Part shown: in pieces, positions 26,376-36,930 of the stretch | How the letters are laid out: each line of letters starts with the position of its first letter | How positions within the stretch are numbered: position 1 is the stretch's first letter | Made by a program: the position numbers and the translations under genes | The notes under the pieces: generated by a model | Database searches by the model: none | Told to the model about the DNA's origin: nothing | The model's input: the letters and a program-made list of their open reading frames with translations, nothing else | Virus record (IMG/VR): IMGVR_UViG_3300045918_000214 | Span: 4,896 to 68,895 of that record | Source: a virus | Length of the DNA: 64,000 nucleotides | Reading direction: 5' to 3' (one strand)

Positions 26376-27020
26376 TTTTAATTTTCTACCTTTAGACCAA
26401 CCATCAGGTATAAAGTCTGTTTTCTTTATTTTCTTATTTTCTTTCCCATTCGTAATCCACATAGATCCAAATTGAGAATTTTTATTCCCGGATTGTTTTT
26501 CTTTCATATGATCTGACATAAACTTTATAAATTCCGGTGTATGAGATTTACCAAGAAAAGAAGTTCTACCAGAATCAATGAAATTTTTATTAGTTCCATT
26601 TTTGAGTATGTTCGCCTGACCACCAAGTGATGAAACAACTTTCTGATAATCATCACCATATTTTTCACATAATACTTCATTGGTTCTTACTCTGCCCAAT
26701 TTTGTTCTTTCTAGATGGAGATCAGAACTATCATTAAGATAATCAAACCCACCCAAACCACCTCTTCTGAGGTTGTAAGTATCTTCTCTACTCAAAAATT
26801 CTTCATTTACAATTTGAAATTCACGGGCAAACATCTCTTCTTGAGACTCAAATGTCTCAAGAATAGTTTTGGTAAAATTTTCAATCCCATGCTTTTTGAT
26901 TGCCCGAGTAATAATTTTACCAGAACCCATATAGCCATCATCTAACTTTTTAGTTTTATGAACACCTATATAGATTTTACCATTGATATTGTTTCTAATT
27001 TCGTATAAGTAATAGTGCAT
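26352..27020 (-). mobile_element. free-standing GIY-YIG (Seg-like) homing endonuclease
   Basis: YYLYEI.N.INGKIYIGVH...YMGSG...YNL..GG; NUMOD-like C-terminus; AT-rich. Confidence 0.85.
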
Positions 27021-27053
27021 TTGTATCTCCTATTACTATTTAGTGAAAGCATG

Positions 27054-27128
27054 AGCGGGATAGGAGATTCGAACTCCTACTTTCAGCTTGGAAGGCTATC
27101 GTGCTAAACCGTTGAACACCAATCCCGC
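27054..27128 (-). tRNA. tRNA-Gly(UCC), CCA not encoded
   Basis: TAGC-CTTCCAA-GCTG, TTCGAAT T-loop. Confidence 0.85.
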
Positions 27129-27215
27129 ATAAAACAAAAGAAAGTCCGTTACTTACCAAGGAAAGGTTCTACCTGTTACTTCCTTATAGCATTTTCGCCT
27201 CGACAACTTTCAAAC

Positions 27216-27289
27216 TGGTCAGGGTACTAGGAATCGAACCTAGGCTTCAAGCTTCCAAAACTCGTAGACTACCATTATCTCATACCCTG
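27216..27289 (-). tRNA. tRNA-Pro(UGG), second copy with A37
   Basis: CGAGT-TTTGGAA-GCTTG, CCA. Confidence 0.75.
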
Positions 27290-27374
27290 TAAATTCATGA
27301 AAGTTCCGATAACACCCATCGTCACTTACAACCGTTGTGAAACCATGCATCAAAACAAGATTTCTATTTGCTCT

Positions 27375-27450
27375 TGGTGGAGCTGTGGGGTAACGATCCC
27401 CAATCTTCGCATTGCAAGTGCGACGTGTAGCCCTCTATCACTACAACCCC
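27375..27450 (-). tRNA. tRNA-Ala(UGC)
   Basis: TCGCA-CTTGCAA-TGCGA, CCA. Confidence 0.85.
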
Positions 27451-27473
27451 AAAATATTCTTAAAGTTGATGTC

Positions 27474-27550
27474 TGGAATTATGATACTAGGAATTGAACC
27501 TAGTCACCCGGGCGTTCAACCCGGTATGCATCCGTTACATCTTATCAAAT
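27474..27550 (-). tRNA. atypical tRNA (GAA anticodon, bulged acceptor stem), possibly pseudo-tRNA
   Basis: CCGGG-TTGAACG-CCCGG, CTAGG-TTCAATT-CCTAG, ends TTCCA. Confidence 0.45.
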
Positions 27551-27652
27551 CTGCAGGAATTCTACACTTCACTCGGCAAAGCGAAGGAACTTACCTGACC
27601 AAACACAACCCGTCTTCGGATTGCCGTCCTCAACTTTAAGAACACTAACTAA

Positions 27653-27765
27653 CATTTTAAAACACACTGCGTATCTTAGTCACAGCACTATGGAGCAACC
27701 CCGTACCTTCAGACCCAAACAACAAGACCGCGAATCTTGTCCGACCTGCAGTATGTTTTAAAATG
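27653..27765 (-). ncRNA. long-stem small RNA (family with 23671-23767)
   Basis: CATTTTAAAACATACTGC/GCAGTGTGTTTTAAAATG. Confidence 0.5.
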
Positions 27766-28056
27766 ATCACTCAGATCATCACAGAAGGGATCCCTTCTGT
27801 GTGGGTTCTTTATCCGCTTAACCGAGTTCCGACGTGGCAAGGTCGTTGTTACCACAAACAAAGTTAAGTTTCGAGTTAATCATCCTTTTAAGTACTTCAT
27901 GTAAGTTTTCGAGGCATTACTGACTGTGGCGAACTTGTCTAGAATGACGCACATATTTTATTGAGCAGCGAGTACTTAAAAAACTGATTTCTATTATCTT
28001 TGAACTATTGTCACATACCGTTTCGGGCACATTATCGTTATTCTATTGTCACAGAA

Positions 28057-28163
28057 GATCATATTTTAGTACATTTGCAGGACTCGAACCTGCCAATTCA
28101 ACTCGGTCGAACTATATCCCTCATATCTGCATGGCCTACGCATTTATGTACTAAAATATGATC
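28057..28163 (-). ncRNA. tRNA-like RNA closed by an 18-bp inverted repeat
   Basis: GATCATATTTTAGTACAT/ATGTACTAAAATATGATC enclosing a GCAGG-TTCGAGT-CCTGC T-arm. Confidence 0.55.
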
Positions 28164-28234
28164 CCTCCAACCGTGCCGAATAGCAACCAGTTGTCATCCC
28201 GACATTGGACTGTGAAGTCGATGTAGAGGAATCG

Positions 28235-28338
28235 TGTCTACTAAATTGTTAATGAACTTTCAAGTGTAACTCTATCATTTCACTTGGTAAGGAATAATTA
28301 TAACATAACTTTCATTATGTGTAAATTATTTCTTCATT
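28235..28338 (-). promoter_or_regulatory. sigma70 promoter + hairpin + boxA-like leader (type B, copy 2)
   Basis: ~55 nt identical to 25895-25949; TTTACA-17-TATAAT. Confidence 0.7.
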
Positions 28339-28553
28339 CGGTTGTTGTCAGGGAAATTTCTTACATTACGCTAATCACAGTCCTCGCGGATTCTGCGGTT
28401 CGTTACCTCACATCCAGCCTACACTAGAGTCTGGAATTGCTACCCTTCACTTGCGTGACGTCGGAACACCTAATTAGTTTCACCTCACTCTTTGGGACTT
28501 AATACCCAGAGCTACCATACTCACCTTAGAGTGAGTCAGAACCTAACAACAAC

Positions 28554-28631
28554 TTTTTAAAGAACCTATCCAACAGAAGCGATGTTTTGTTGGTATGGAA
28601 TGATTGTATCATACCACGGAATATGTGTAAA
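28554..28631 (-). promoter_or_regulatory. sigma70 promoter + hairpin + boxA-like leader (type A, copy 2)
   Basis: ~46 nt identical to 26134-26179; TTTACA-17-TACAAT. Confidence 0.7.
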
Positions 28632-28648
28632 TTATCTAAGAACCAACT

Positions 28649-28677
28649 AAAAAGGCCCTCTTTGTGGGAGGGCCTTT
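28649..28677 (-). terminator. intrinsic terminator / attenuator upstream of the tRNA island
   Basis: AAAGGCCCTC-CCACAAA-GAGGGCCTTTTT. Confidence 0.85.
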
Positions 28678-28703
28678 GGTGTTCCTAAACAATCAAAGTC
28701 CCT

Positions 28704-28808
28704 CTATGTGTGATCCCATTCTGGTGTGAACTGGACCGCACGTGCAGAATCGCATCCACCATTAATGGAGGCAGGATAATTCAACAGTGATAAGAGGTTA
28801 TGTTTCAT
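28704..28808 (-). CDS. putative attenuator leader peptide MKHNLLSLLNYPASINGGCDSARAVQFTPEWDHT
   Basis: 34 codons, all 20 amino acids, 31 distinct codons; stop overlaps the antiterminator arm; ATG 5 nt after TAAATA. Confidence 0.7.
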   Translation of the reverse strand: MKHNLLSLLNYPASINGGCDSARAVQFTPEWDHT

Positions 28809-29147
28809 ATATCTATTTAGTGCAGGTAGCTAACTTTTTCTCAACTATTTTCGTTTTTGTTCAATCTTTTTTTGCATCCGCATCGTCTACCCTGAGAGCA
28901 GTCTTGAGAACACTTAGAAGCAGGTAACTTGCTAATTGCTATACCAATTGCTACAACACCTATTAGGGCACAGATCAATGCTTGTATCATACTTTACTCT
29001 TGAGTCTACTTAGACGTCTATTGTGTTCTGCATGTTCTTCGGCAGAACGGTTCACAAAGAATGCAAAATCATAGAACATCGGTTGCCCGAGCCACAGATC
29101 CCAGTTTCCTGGATGTTCATTCTTGAATGCTTCAAAAAATTCTTTAC

Positions 29148-30757
29148 TCATAATAGGATATCTGGTATCGTCAAAGATTCTTGTTCTGCTATCTGTGCCG
29201 CTTCATTGTCCATAAAGTCCGTGAGACGAGGTACTATATCTACCCAGGCTTCTGTAAGAGTATGAGCTCTACCGCCATAAATTTTCGGTTGATGAATTTT
29301 ACCTGCGTTATACATTCGTCTTAGGGCAAATTTGTATACATCTTCGTGGTGGCCTGTGTCCCAGATCTTAGTAACACGATAGTAATGGTCCCAGATAAGT
29401 TTCCAATGTACATCAGCTCGAGGATCAAATTTTGAGTTGATGATCAGAGCTAAGACATCAGAGGACTTTACTTTCCCTTTGACTATGTCTACCATGCAGA
29501 ATCCGAGACGAAGACCGATCTTCATTTCAGAGTATCTCCGTGGATGTCGTCCCAGTTAATGGAATCACGCATTTCACCAATTTCTACGGCCTTGGCAAGT
29601 TTGTCTTCTTCGATGCCGTAGAAACTTAGTTCCCACATAATTGCTTCAATAGCTTCATGGAAGGTATATTCACGGTGAACATCAAGAATTGTCTTGAGTC
29701 CAGTTACTTCCATCCCACGTTGCCATTCTTCAACAATCTTGAATTTAGAATTCAGAACGATTGGCAGACCTAACAAAGTTTCAAGTGCCGAGAAGTCGAT
29801 GCCCCAGTTGATTCTCATGCCCTTTTTGTATAGGACATAAGTCTTTTCTTCATCTTCGTACTTATCTTCTTGAAGTTCAAATCCTTGGCCATCAAAGCAT
29901 GCACGAGATAGACCAGAGATTTCAGTCTTACCTGCATAGGTGAAAAGATCTGGAGCCCAATAGACTTGGAGGTATTCAATACCATCTTCGTGGTATTCTT
30001 GTTTCCAAACAATCTTTGATCGATCTACTTTCTTCCAAGCTGCCACATAATCTTTAATGAAGCAGTTGTCAAAAATCATATCGCAGATTTCTGGTTCCTT
30101 CGAGAGAAACAGGAAAACATCATCGAGAGTTACATCAGCTGTAAAAGCTACTGGTTTACCGCGCTTGTCCGTCCAAAGCAGATTCTCTGTGATGTCACGG
30201 GGAATATAATGTCCTTCGCCCTTTTCTTCATCATAAAACCACTCATTGTGAGTAAGTTTACCACCTTTGGAGAAAACCAAAGTCGGTGTAGATTCTGTTT
30301 CTTCCGCGTCTCGGTTAATCCCGAGTTGTTCAAAAATGTCCATTATTTCTTCCATCTTTTAGTATTTGGCTTCGAACAGTAGTAAAATGGCCGTGGCTGA
30401 GTTACTACCGTCGTGGTCCATTGTGTAGGTGCCGGTGGAACATAGTAATAGTCTGGTATTTGTAACGGTACATAATCTGTACCAGATCTAGTAAACCAAT
30501 TTCTAATTCCCATCACAAAATCCCACAATTACTTTTAATTTCCAACAAGTAAACGAGTGAATCTTCAGACCATCGACCGTCTCCGTTGTATGGATAGAAA
30601 ACCACAGAGTTTGTAGTTTATCATCCACAAGTTGAGACCAGTGGTCATTTGCCCAAATCCATTCACCCATCAGCTTACCGATTTTGAATTCATGATTCTT
30701 ATTTGTACACGGCTTCAAATCGTAATGCTTCCGAAGTTCATCTTTTATAAGAATCAC
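29148..30757 (-). other. run of hypothetical ORFs (29148-29525, 29522-30355, 30343-30528, 30503-30757)
   Basis: Tightly overlapping minus-strand ORFs, no recognised family. Confidence 0.6.
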
Positions 30758-31809
30758 TTTTGTTTCTCCAGATATTTATTGGACACTGCCTTGAAGCTAA
30801 TTCTCCTAGAAGAGTTGGCTTTAAAAACCAAACCTTCACGCAGACATCCCATCATACCTAGCACGGATTGTCCATCTGCCTTGTCCAACAGACTTTGGCA
30901 AGTTTGATCCACCAACTTTGCTTCTGTTTCCAACACTGGAGCATCAGTCAGACCAAGTGCCTTAGTGATTTCTCTCCGAAAATACGGAGAAAAGTAAGTA
31001 AAGTTGTCGATGTCAAAAATATCAAACACAAAGAACATGTGCTTGGTCAAGTTGTAAATGTTGCCCTGAATTCCAGGACCACAAAGTTCACCTTGAATAG
31101 CAATGTTCAAACCCGTGATAATCAACTTTTCCTTCAAACCAAGTTCAAGAGCCATCTTCCAGAAGGTGTTATCTTCAGATTCTTTCAGATCCAAATTGCG
31201 AGATGCCACACCTACTTCACCATCGCGGATATACACAGTCATAGAAGAGCCTTCAGCCTTCTCAGTGACTTCCCATGTTTCATCTTCGAAGTGTTCTTCT
31301 ACATCGCGGAAGCAATTCTGCACACGTTCCTGGTCAGTCTTGATGATGAAAGATGGGAATGTCCCACGAGCATCAGCAGAGGTAAACTCAGGTGGTGCTT
31401 CCCACTTTACAATACCCAACAGTTCGGATACATCTTCACCTTCGGAGATAAATCCACCCATCGGTTTCCCAGCAATCTCAAGCATCGCATCAGTGATGGT
31501 AGAAAGTGGAAGCAACAGACCCTGAGACAATTGCTTGCGCAGACGGATCGTGCGAAGTTTTTCACCTTCGACACCATTGTACACCTTTGGAAAATGACCC
31601 GGCTTTGTCAAGAAAGGTGCAAGAGTACTCGGCATCCAGGAATCTGGTTCTGCATACACAACACGATCGCCAACTTGATACTTGCCAACTTGATCAACAA
31701 TCCACCAACCGTTCACACGGTAAGCACAGATCTTGTCTGCATCAGGGATAGACTTCACTTCGGCAATAGTTTGCACGGAAGCCATTTTGCGTACATAAAC
31801 TTCTGTCAT
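30754..31809 (-). CDS. ATP-dependent RNA ligase (DRB0094-like, N-terminal OB domain)
   Basis: I..IPDADKI, LRKQLSQGL, KTDQERVQN, TEKAEGSS (motif I variant), QGELCGPGIQGN, REGLVFK, SFKAVSNKYL. Confidence 0.85.
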   Translation of the reverse strand: MTEVYVRKMASVQTIAEVKSIPDADKICAYRVNGWWIVDQVGKYQVGDRVVYAEPDSWMPSTLAPFLTKPGHFPKVYNGVEGEKLRTIRLRKQLSQGLLLPLSTITDAMLEIAGKPMGGFISEGEDVSELLGIVKWEAPPEFTSADARGTFPSFIIKTDQERVQNCFRDVEEHFEDETWEVTEKAEGSSMTVYIRDGEVGVASRNLDLKESEDNTFWKMALELGLKEKLIITGLNIAIQGELCGPGIQGNIYNLTKHMFFVFDIFDIDNFTYFSPYFRREITKALGLTDAPVLETEAKLVDQTCQSLLDKADGQSVLGMMGCLREGLVFKANSSRRISFKAVSNKYLEKQK

Positions 31810-34209
31810 ATCATTCACTTTTGTTTCTGCTTTCAATTATATAAATCAAGTCGTTAAGTATCTCGGCCTTAGCTCTGCACTTATCATACCACTCAGATTC
31901 ACAATATGAACCTGGATTCTCGTAGGTTTCTACTTCCGAACGGAGCAGTTCTAAAATTTCTTCAACGGTAATCATAATCAATCTTCATCGTTAATTCTTG
32001 GATAACCCTTATACAGGCACGAGTTGATTTTGAATACAACTTCTGCCATCTTTTGATCTTTTACCGAATTGAAGTGGAAAGCATCCTTGACCAACTCATC
32101 ACGAAGTCGTACAAGATCTTCATAGATTTTTGGATTCTGTTCGTTCATTTCAATTTCCTAAAAATTTCTTGCACTTCCGGTGTGATGTTATCAATTTGAT
32201 CCATCACTTCTGCCGAAAGCATTGACAGAGCCACTTGAGCATCCGTCCAATCCTGTCCCTTCAGAGGTGCCATGTAATACTTTACTTCTTCTTGTGACTG
32301 CAACTGCCAAAGGCAATCTGCATGTTTAATCTGATTGTCGGTAAAACCGTGAACACGAACTGGTTCCATTTTAATTCTCTTTTCACTCATACAACATCAT
32401 TCTTAAAGTAACCGTAGGGAAGGTTGAAATCGTAACACAGGAATTCCCAGTCACCATTACATGTACTTGACTCCATAATCCAACGGAGTGCATCAGCACG
32501 GGTTTTGGCGCCAGAGGCAATGGTCATATCAACCAGACCCTCGAACTCGGCCTTGGCGTTCTTTTCATCTTCTTCACGTTGAGCCCATACGGCTTGTGCC
32601 TGGACATTCAAAGAGTCCAACATGGCTTCGATGTCTGCTTCCGTGCAGTTCGTAAAGTCAACCCAACGAGGACGAACGTTGTACACTTCTTTATAGAAGT
32701 CCCAATAGATGGACTGAAGTTCTTCGAGGCGTGTCATTACGTAGTCCATGATATTCCTTTGTGATTCGGTATGGGTCTATTATACAACACTCAGGAATAT
32801 GTGTAAATTAATTCATGATCCGATGGCCATTCTCATCGTAGAACTTGTCGCAAACCCAAAAGCCTTCTTGATCGTCAATTCCTGTGATCATAGCTTGTAG
32901 ACTGCTTCCCCGTGTAGATACCCAATGACCGCCGGGCTTCCCACATTCTTCACAAATGTGCTTTGAAAGCCGAATTGCTTTAGCCACAACACGGAGCGCT
33001 TCGGCATTCTTTCTATTGGAATCTCGTTGATTGCGATTCATTTTCTTACCTCAATGGTTGCCGTATACCGGTTGCTTTTTCTACCATGACAAATAGATCA
33101 ACATAACTTATTTTAAGTTGTGTTGCGAAATCATTCAGCATTTGATAGTCAATCTTAAATTCTTCAATCTTAGCTTTTGCCGCTTTGAGATCTTCAAGTA
33201 CAGCTTCGAAATGATCCACACAGTCTAGGTTTGCTTTCTTTACTGCTTCATTTTCTGCTTTTAATTCGGCTACTCGCCGATCTGCAAAATCTGTGTACAA
33301 ATCGAGTTCTCTACGATATGAATTCTTTGTTGCTACTTCGGAGTCGTAAAGATCTTTCCGGATGTAGTCAATGTACACGCCGTCATCAAGAAGTAGAGTA
33401 ACTTTACCGCGATAACCTTCTTTTGATGCTCCGCCTGAAATCATTTGCAGGCTGATTTCATCGTTACAAAAGCAAAAACTTTCCTCTGATGAAGGAGGTG
33501 ATGGAGAATCCGAAGTAACTTTAGTAATACTCATTTCTTGTATTCCTTATCAATTTCGTCAAGTATAGAATCCCACTGCCGAGTAAGCTCTGTGATGTGT
33601 GGCTGAATCATTGGCTGTGATTGCCCAATTACCATCATGAGCCGCACGACCAAACCTTCAAGTGCAGAGCACCGTTCTTCCCAATATGTTTCTGGTTTCA
33701 TACTTCAATTTCCTCGAGGGAGTCAAATACTCGTTGTTTAGCATTTGGATAAAGAGTTTCGTATTCCGAATCTGGTTCTCCAAGCATGTACAGAGAATTA
33801 TTGGTAGCAATCAGGCCGCGGCACTTACCGACAATTCTAGAGGTCTTTATAGTTTTACCATCTGGATTTATTCCAACTAGTGATTGTGTACGGAGTTCTG
33901 GGGCTAGATAAGCATCACCGTTGATAACAATGCCCCATTTGTCTATGAGTTTAACTTGTTTCATTTTAATGCCAAAAGTAATTTGCTTTTTCCCAAACGA
34001 CACATTGTGCTAAGAGTGTTTCAGCCCTCTTTTGTGCCTTCTTAAATGCGTCATCAATTAGATCATGACATCCGTGTGGCGATGTGTCTCGTGCCGCCAC
34101 ATAGTCGTATGAATCCGTGGCGATCCATCGAAGCCCAAACACACCTTTTTGTTGAACGTAGTATCGTCCCTGTAGTGGAGAATGTACGATCCGAACTTTT
34201 TTGAATAGA

Positions 34210-35262
34210 TTACTCACCTAATATTTCCTTTACTTTTTCCAATCGTTGTTCCATAGAACCAGTTAACAGTGTATATTCAATCCCACAGTCTGACAGTTCT
34301 TTCAAATAGTAAGCATGACCCTTGTTTCGGAACGTTTCGTCCTGGCGAGTTCCATCTTGCACCATTGGAAAATCTGGAGCACACAGGAAAACCTTGTGGT
34401 ATGAATTACTATGTTCCCAGATAAGATCTTCGAGTGTTTGAGAAACTCGGCCGAACCATTCACGCGAATAGAACTTTGTAGTCAATGGAGAAGTATCACA
34501 GTACAGGAATTCATCAATCCGAACTGCAGCTGCATAAGCATCTTCCATCTCTACCTGTTGTTGTCCAATGTAAGCCAGGTCTTCATACCGAAGAATTCCC
34601 TTGCGTTCATCGTACAGTTGTCGGCCATATTCTGGTACAACATTTCGAGTCTTAGCATAAGTCAATGGAGAACCCAGAGCTTCCGTTAGAGTAGTTTTCC
34701 CAGTTGATTCTGCACCAAGGAACAGCACTCGACGAACGAAGTTCTTCTTCACATACCAAGGGACGTAATATCCTAATGTTTTGAGATCTGCACGGCATGA
34801 GGTACCGGAGACTGGATATTGTTTCCGTTCAAGATCTACCATCACGTGTTCAACGTTCACGGGATTTGGAAAATTCACGGTGAAGAACAGAGCAAGATAA
34901 TTTGCAAAACCTTGGCCATATTCTTCCGAAGTGAATACTGCTTGCACAGTAGTATCAAGAGTATTCAGCAGGTACTGAGCACAAAATTTACGGTGATCAT
35001 CGGCGGGAGCGTCATCTTCAAGTCCAAGAGCAACCACCAGCTCATCAAGCACAACAATCGTGACTCGGTAAGAATCTTCGGCTGTTGCTTGCTTGAGCCA
35101 TTGTTCTCGGTTAACAGCAGAACAGCCCGGGAAATTCTGCGATGTATATGAGAGAATTACTACGTTCTCACATTGATCCAATGCCTTTTTGATCACAGAG
35201 ATGTGACCCATGTGCAGGGGACAGAATTTGCCTACTACAAGACCAGTTACATATTTTTTCAT
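34210..35262 (-). CDS. nadR: NadR-like NMN adenylyltransferase / ribosylnicotinamide kinase (no HTH)
   Basis: GKFCPLHMGH (HxGH), LGAESTGKTT, EYGR, CDT, VQDGTR. Confidence 0.9.
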   Translation of the reverse strand: MKKYVTGLVVGKFCPLHMGHISVIKKALDQCENVVILSYTSQNFPGCSAVNREQWLKQATAEDSYRVTIVVLDELVVALGLEDDAPADDHRKFCAQYLLNTLDTTVQAVFTSEEYGQGFANYLALFFTVNFPNPVNVEHVMVDLERKQYPVSGTSCRADLKTLGYYVPWYVKKNFVRRVLFLGAESTGKTTLTEALGSPLTYAKTRNVVPEYGRQLYDERKGILRYEDLAYIGQQQVEMEDAYAAAVRIDEFLYCDTSPLTTKFYSREWFGRVSQTLEDLIWEHSNSYHKVFLCAPDFPMVQDGTRQDETFRNKGHAYYLKELSDCGIEYTLLTGSMEQRLEKVKEILGE

Positions 35263-36930
35263 AGATTCATTATAACAAACTAGTGGATATGTGTAAATTA
35301 AATGAACGGCAGCATGTTCTCTGATTTCGACACACATGGTCTCAGGCAAAGAAACATATCGCGCTTCAGATCAAACGGAAGATCTTCGTAGTAATAGACT
35401 TGATCTACTCGGAGGCCTCTCATGTGGGAAACCGTGGTGAGAAATCTAATCGTACCATTATCGTACTTCAGTTGGTCCATGCTTTCCACTATGCAAGGAG
35501 GTATTAGATATGAAAGTACTTTAGACAGTTCGTTCTTCAATTCTTTACGAAATGCCTGCCGCATATCAACCCGCGGAAAAACCAGTACAATTTCTTGTTT
35601 CCGATTTGCTACGATTTCTTTTACCAGAATTTCTATGACGCGATCTGCAGTTAGCATGTTTGCAGGCTTCATAGCATCTTCGAAGCACTCGGTAAGGTAT
35701 GAATCTAATGTGGGCTTATTGTCCTCTGGGAACTCAGTCTTAGCAACCTCATAGATTGTTTTATATAGTTCGGTAATGCTATCTTGCCGTTCACGTAATC
35801 TCATACGTTCTTGGATGTATGACTTTACAAATTTTTCTACAATACTTACCATAGATCCTCCGAAAATAGATCACCACCTTGATAGCCGCCAACTTTTGGT
35901 CGAATAATCTGACCAGTTCTTTGAGCACGAATGAACGCGCCTTGCCGATTCAGAAACTCACCATTTTCGTCCAAGAAACCTTGTACATCTGGACCTTTGA
36001 TTCCGACTCCGTTCTTTGAAGCAATAAGACGAATTACATGGTGATGTCGATTTGGTCTCGGTAGAGAATAGATCACACCATCATACTTAATTGCTACATC
36101 AGTAATATCTGCATATCCGTTTGTCATATTACCAGTCCGCCACACCTGAGATTTCAACTTCAAACTTACCTGGAAGGCCATTGACTTTTGTGTCAACAAC
36201 TAGTGTAAGAATTGACCCAATTCCAGACTGACCAGATTCTTTCAGTTCAAAAGAACGGCTGTCCGGAAACTTTTGCATTGCAGCTAATATGTCTTCAACA
36301 TTTGCTCGTGTTAGATACATTATAGATCCTTTAGAGTTTTCATTTTAGCTAATCCAATAGCTCGACGTATGTTATGTTCAATATCAGCATGATCAACCAA
36401 ATGTTGCCAATAGTTGGCTCCAATTCTTTGACCTGCTTTGATGCATTCTTCTGTGATCAATTTGGCATATTCTTCTTCCCAAAGCCATGGTGCATTGCTA
36501 TTCTTTGCTACACAAGCATCAGCAGCCAAACTTGAGAGTTCTTTATATCGTTCCATCATAAATCCCTGTAAAAATTATACCGAGCCATGTAGTTGCTCAG
36601 AGTATAAGGAGAGACGAAATTACCGTAGTCATCTGGGAAATTTGCTACGATGATACTTGAGTTCATTGATCTTCTTGCCAGAACTTATCACAATCCGGGC
36701 AGCGACAGTCGTACCAATAAGAATCACATGAAGGATCATAGTTCCCAGTATTTGAGCAACCCTTCTTGGTGGCATTGGGATGATCACATGAATCTTGAAT
36801 TTCTGTGATTTGATCAACCAGTGCATTGATCTTGAGCCTAAGTTTTTGTACTTTAGTTAGTTTAGTCATTTAATACCACCCTTCCACGAATCAGAAAATG
36901 TTAAATAGAATATACGCAAAGGAATTAAGA

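Noticed and set aside
21100-27639. Track ORFs overlapping tRNA genes (e.g. 21595-21849, 23967-24206, 24390-24593, 27412-27639)
   Set aside because: Translations of tRNA sequence (ESNP/GIEP patterns from T-loops); not proteins
30868-31857. 329-aa plus-strand ORF, and many other plus-strand ORFs in the track
   Set aside because: Antisense shadows of well-supported minus-strand genes (here the RNA ligase); no recognisable motifs
34210-35349. Longer starts given in the ORF track for NadR (35349), porin (20294), GNAT (15147), SLT (48379) and helicase (2447)
   Set aside because: The extensions run through promoters or neighbouring genes; downstream ATGs match domain starts or signal peptides
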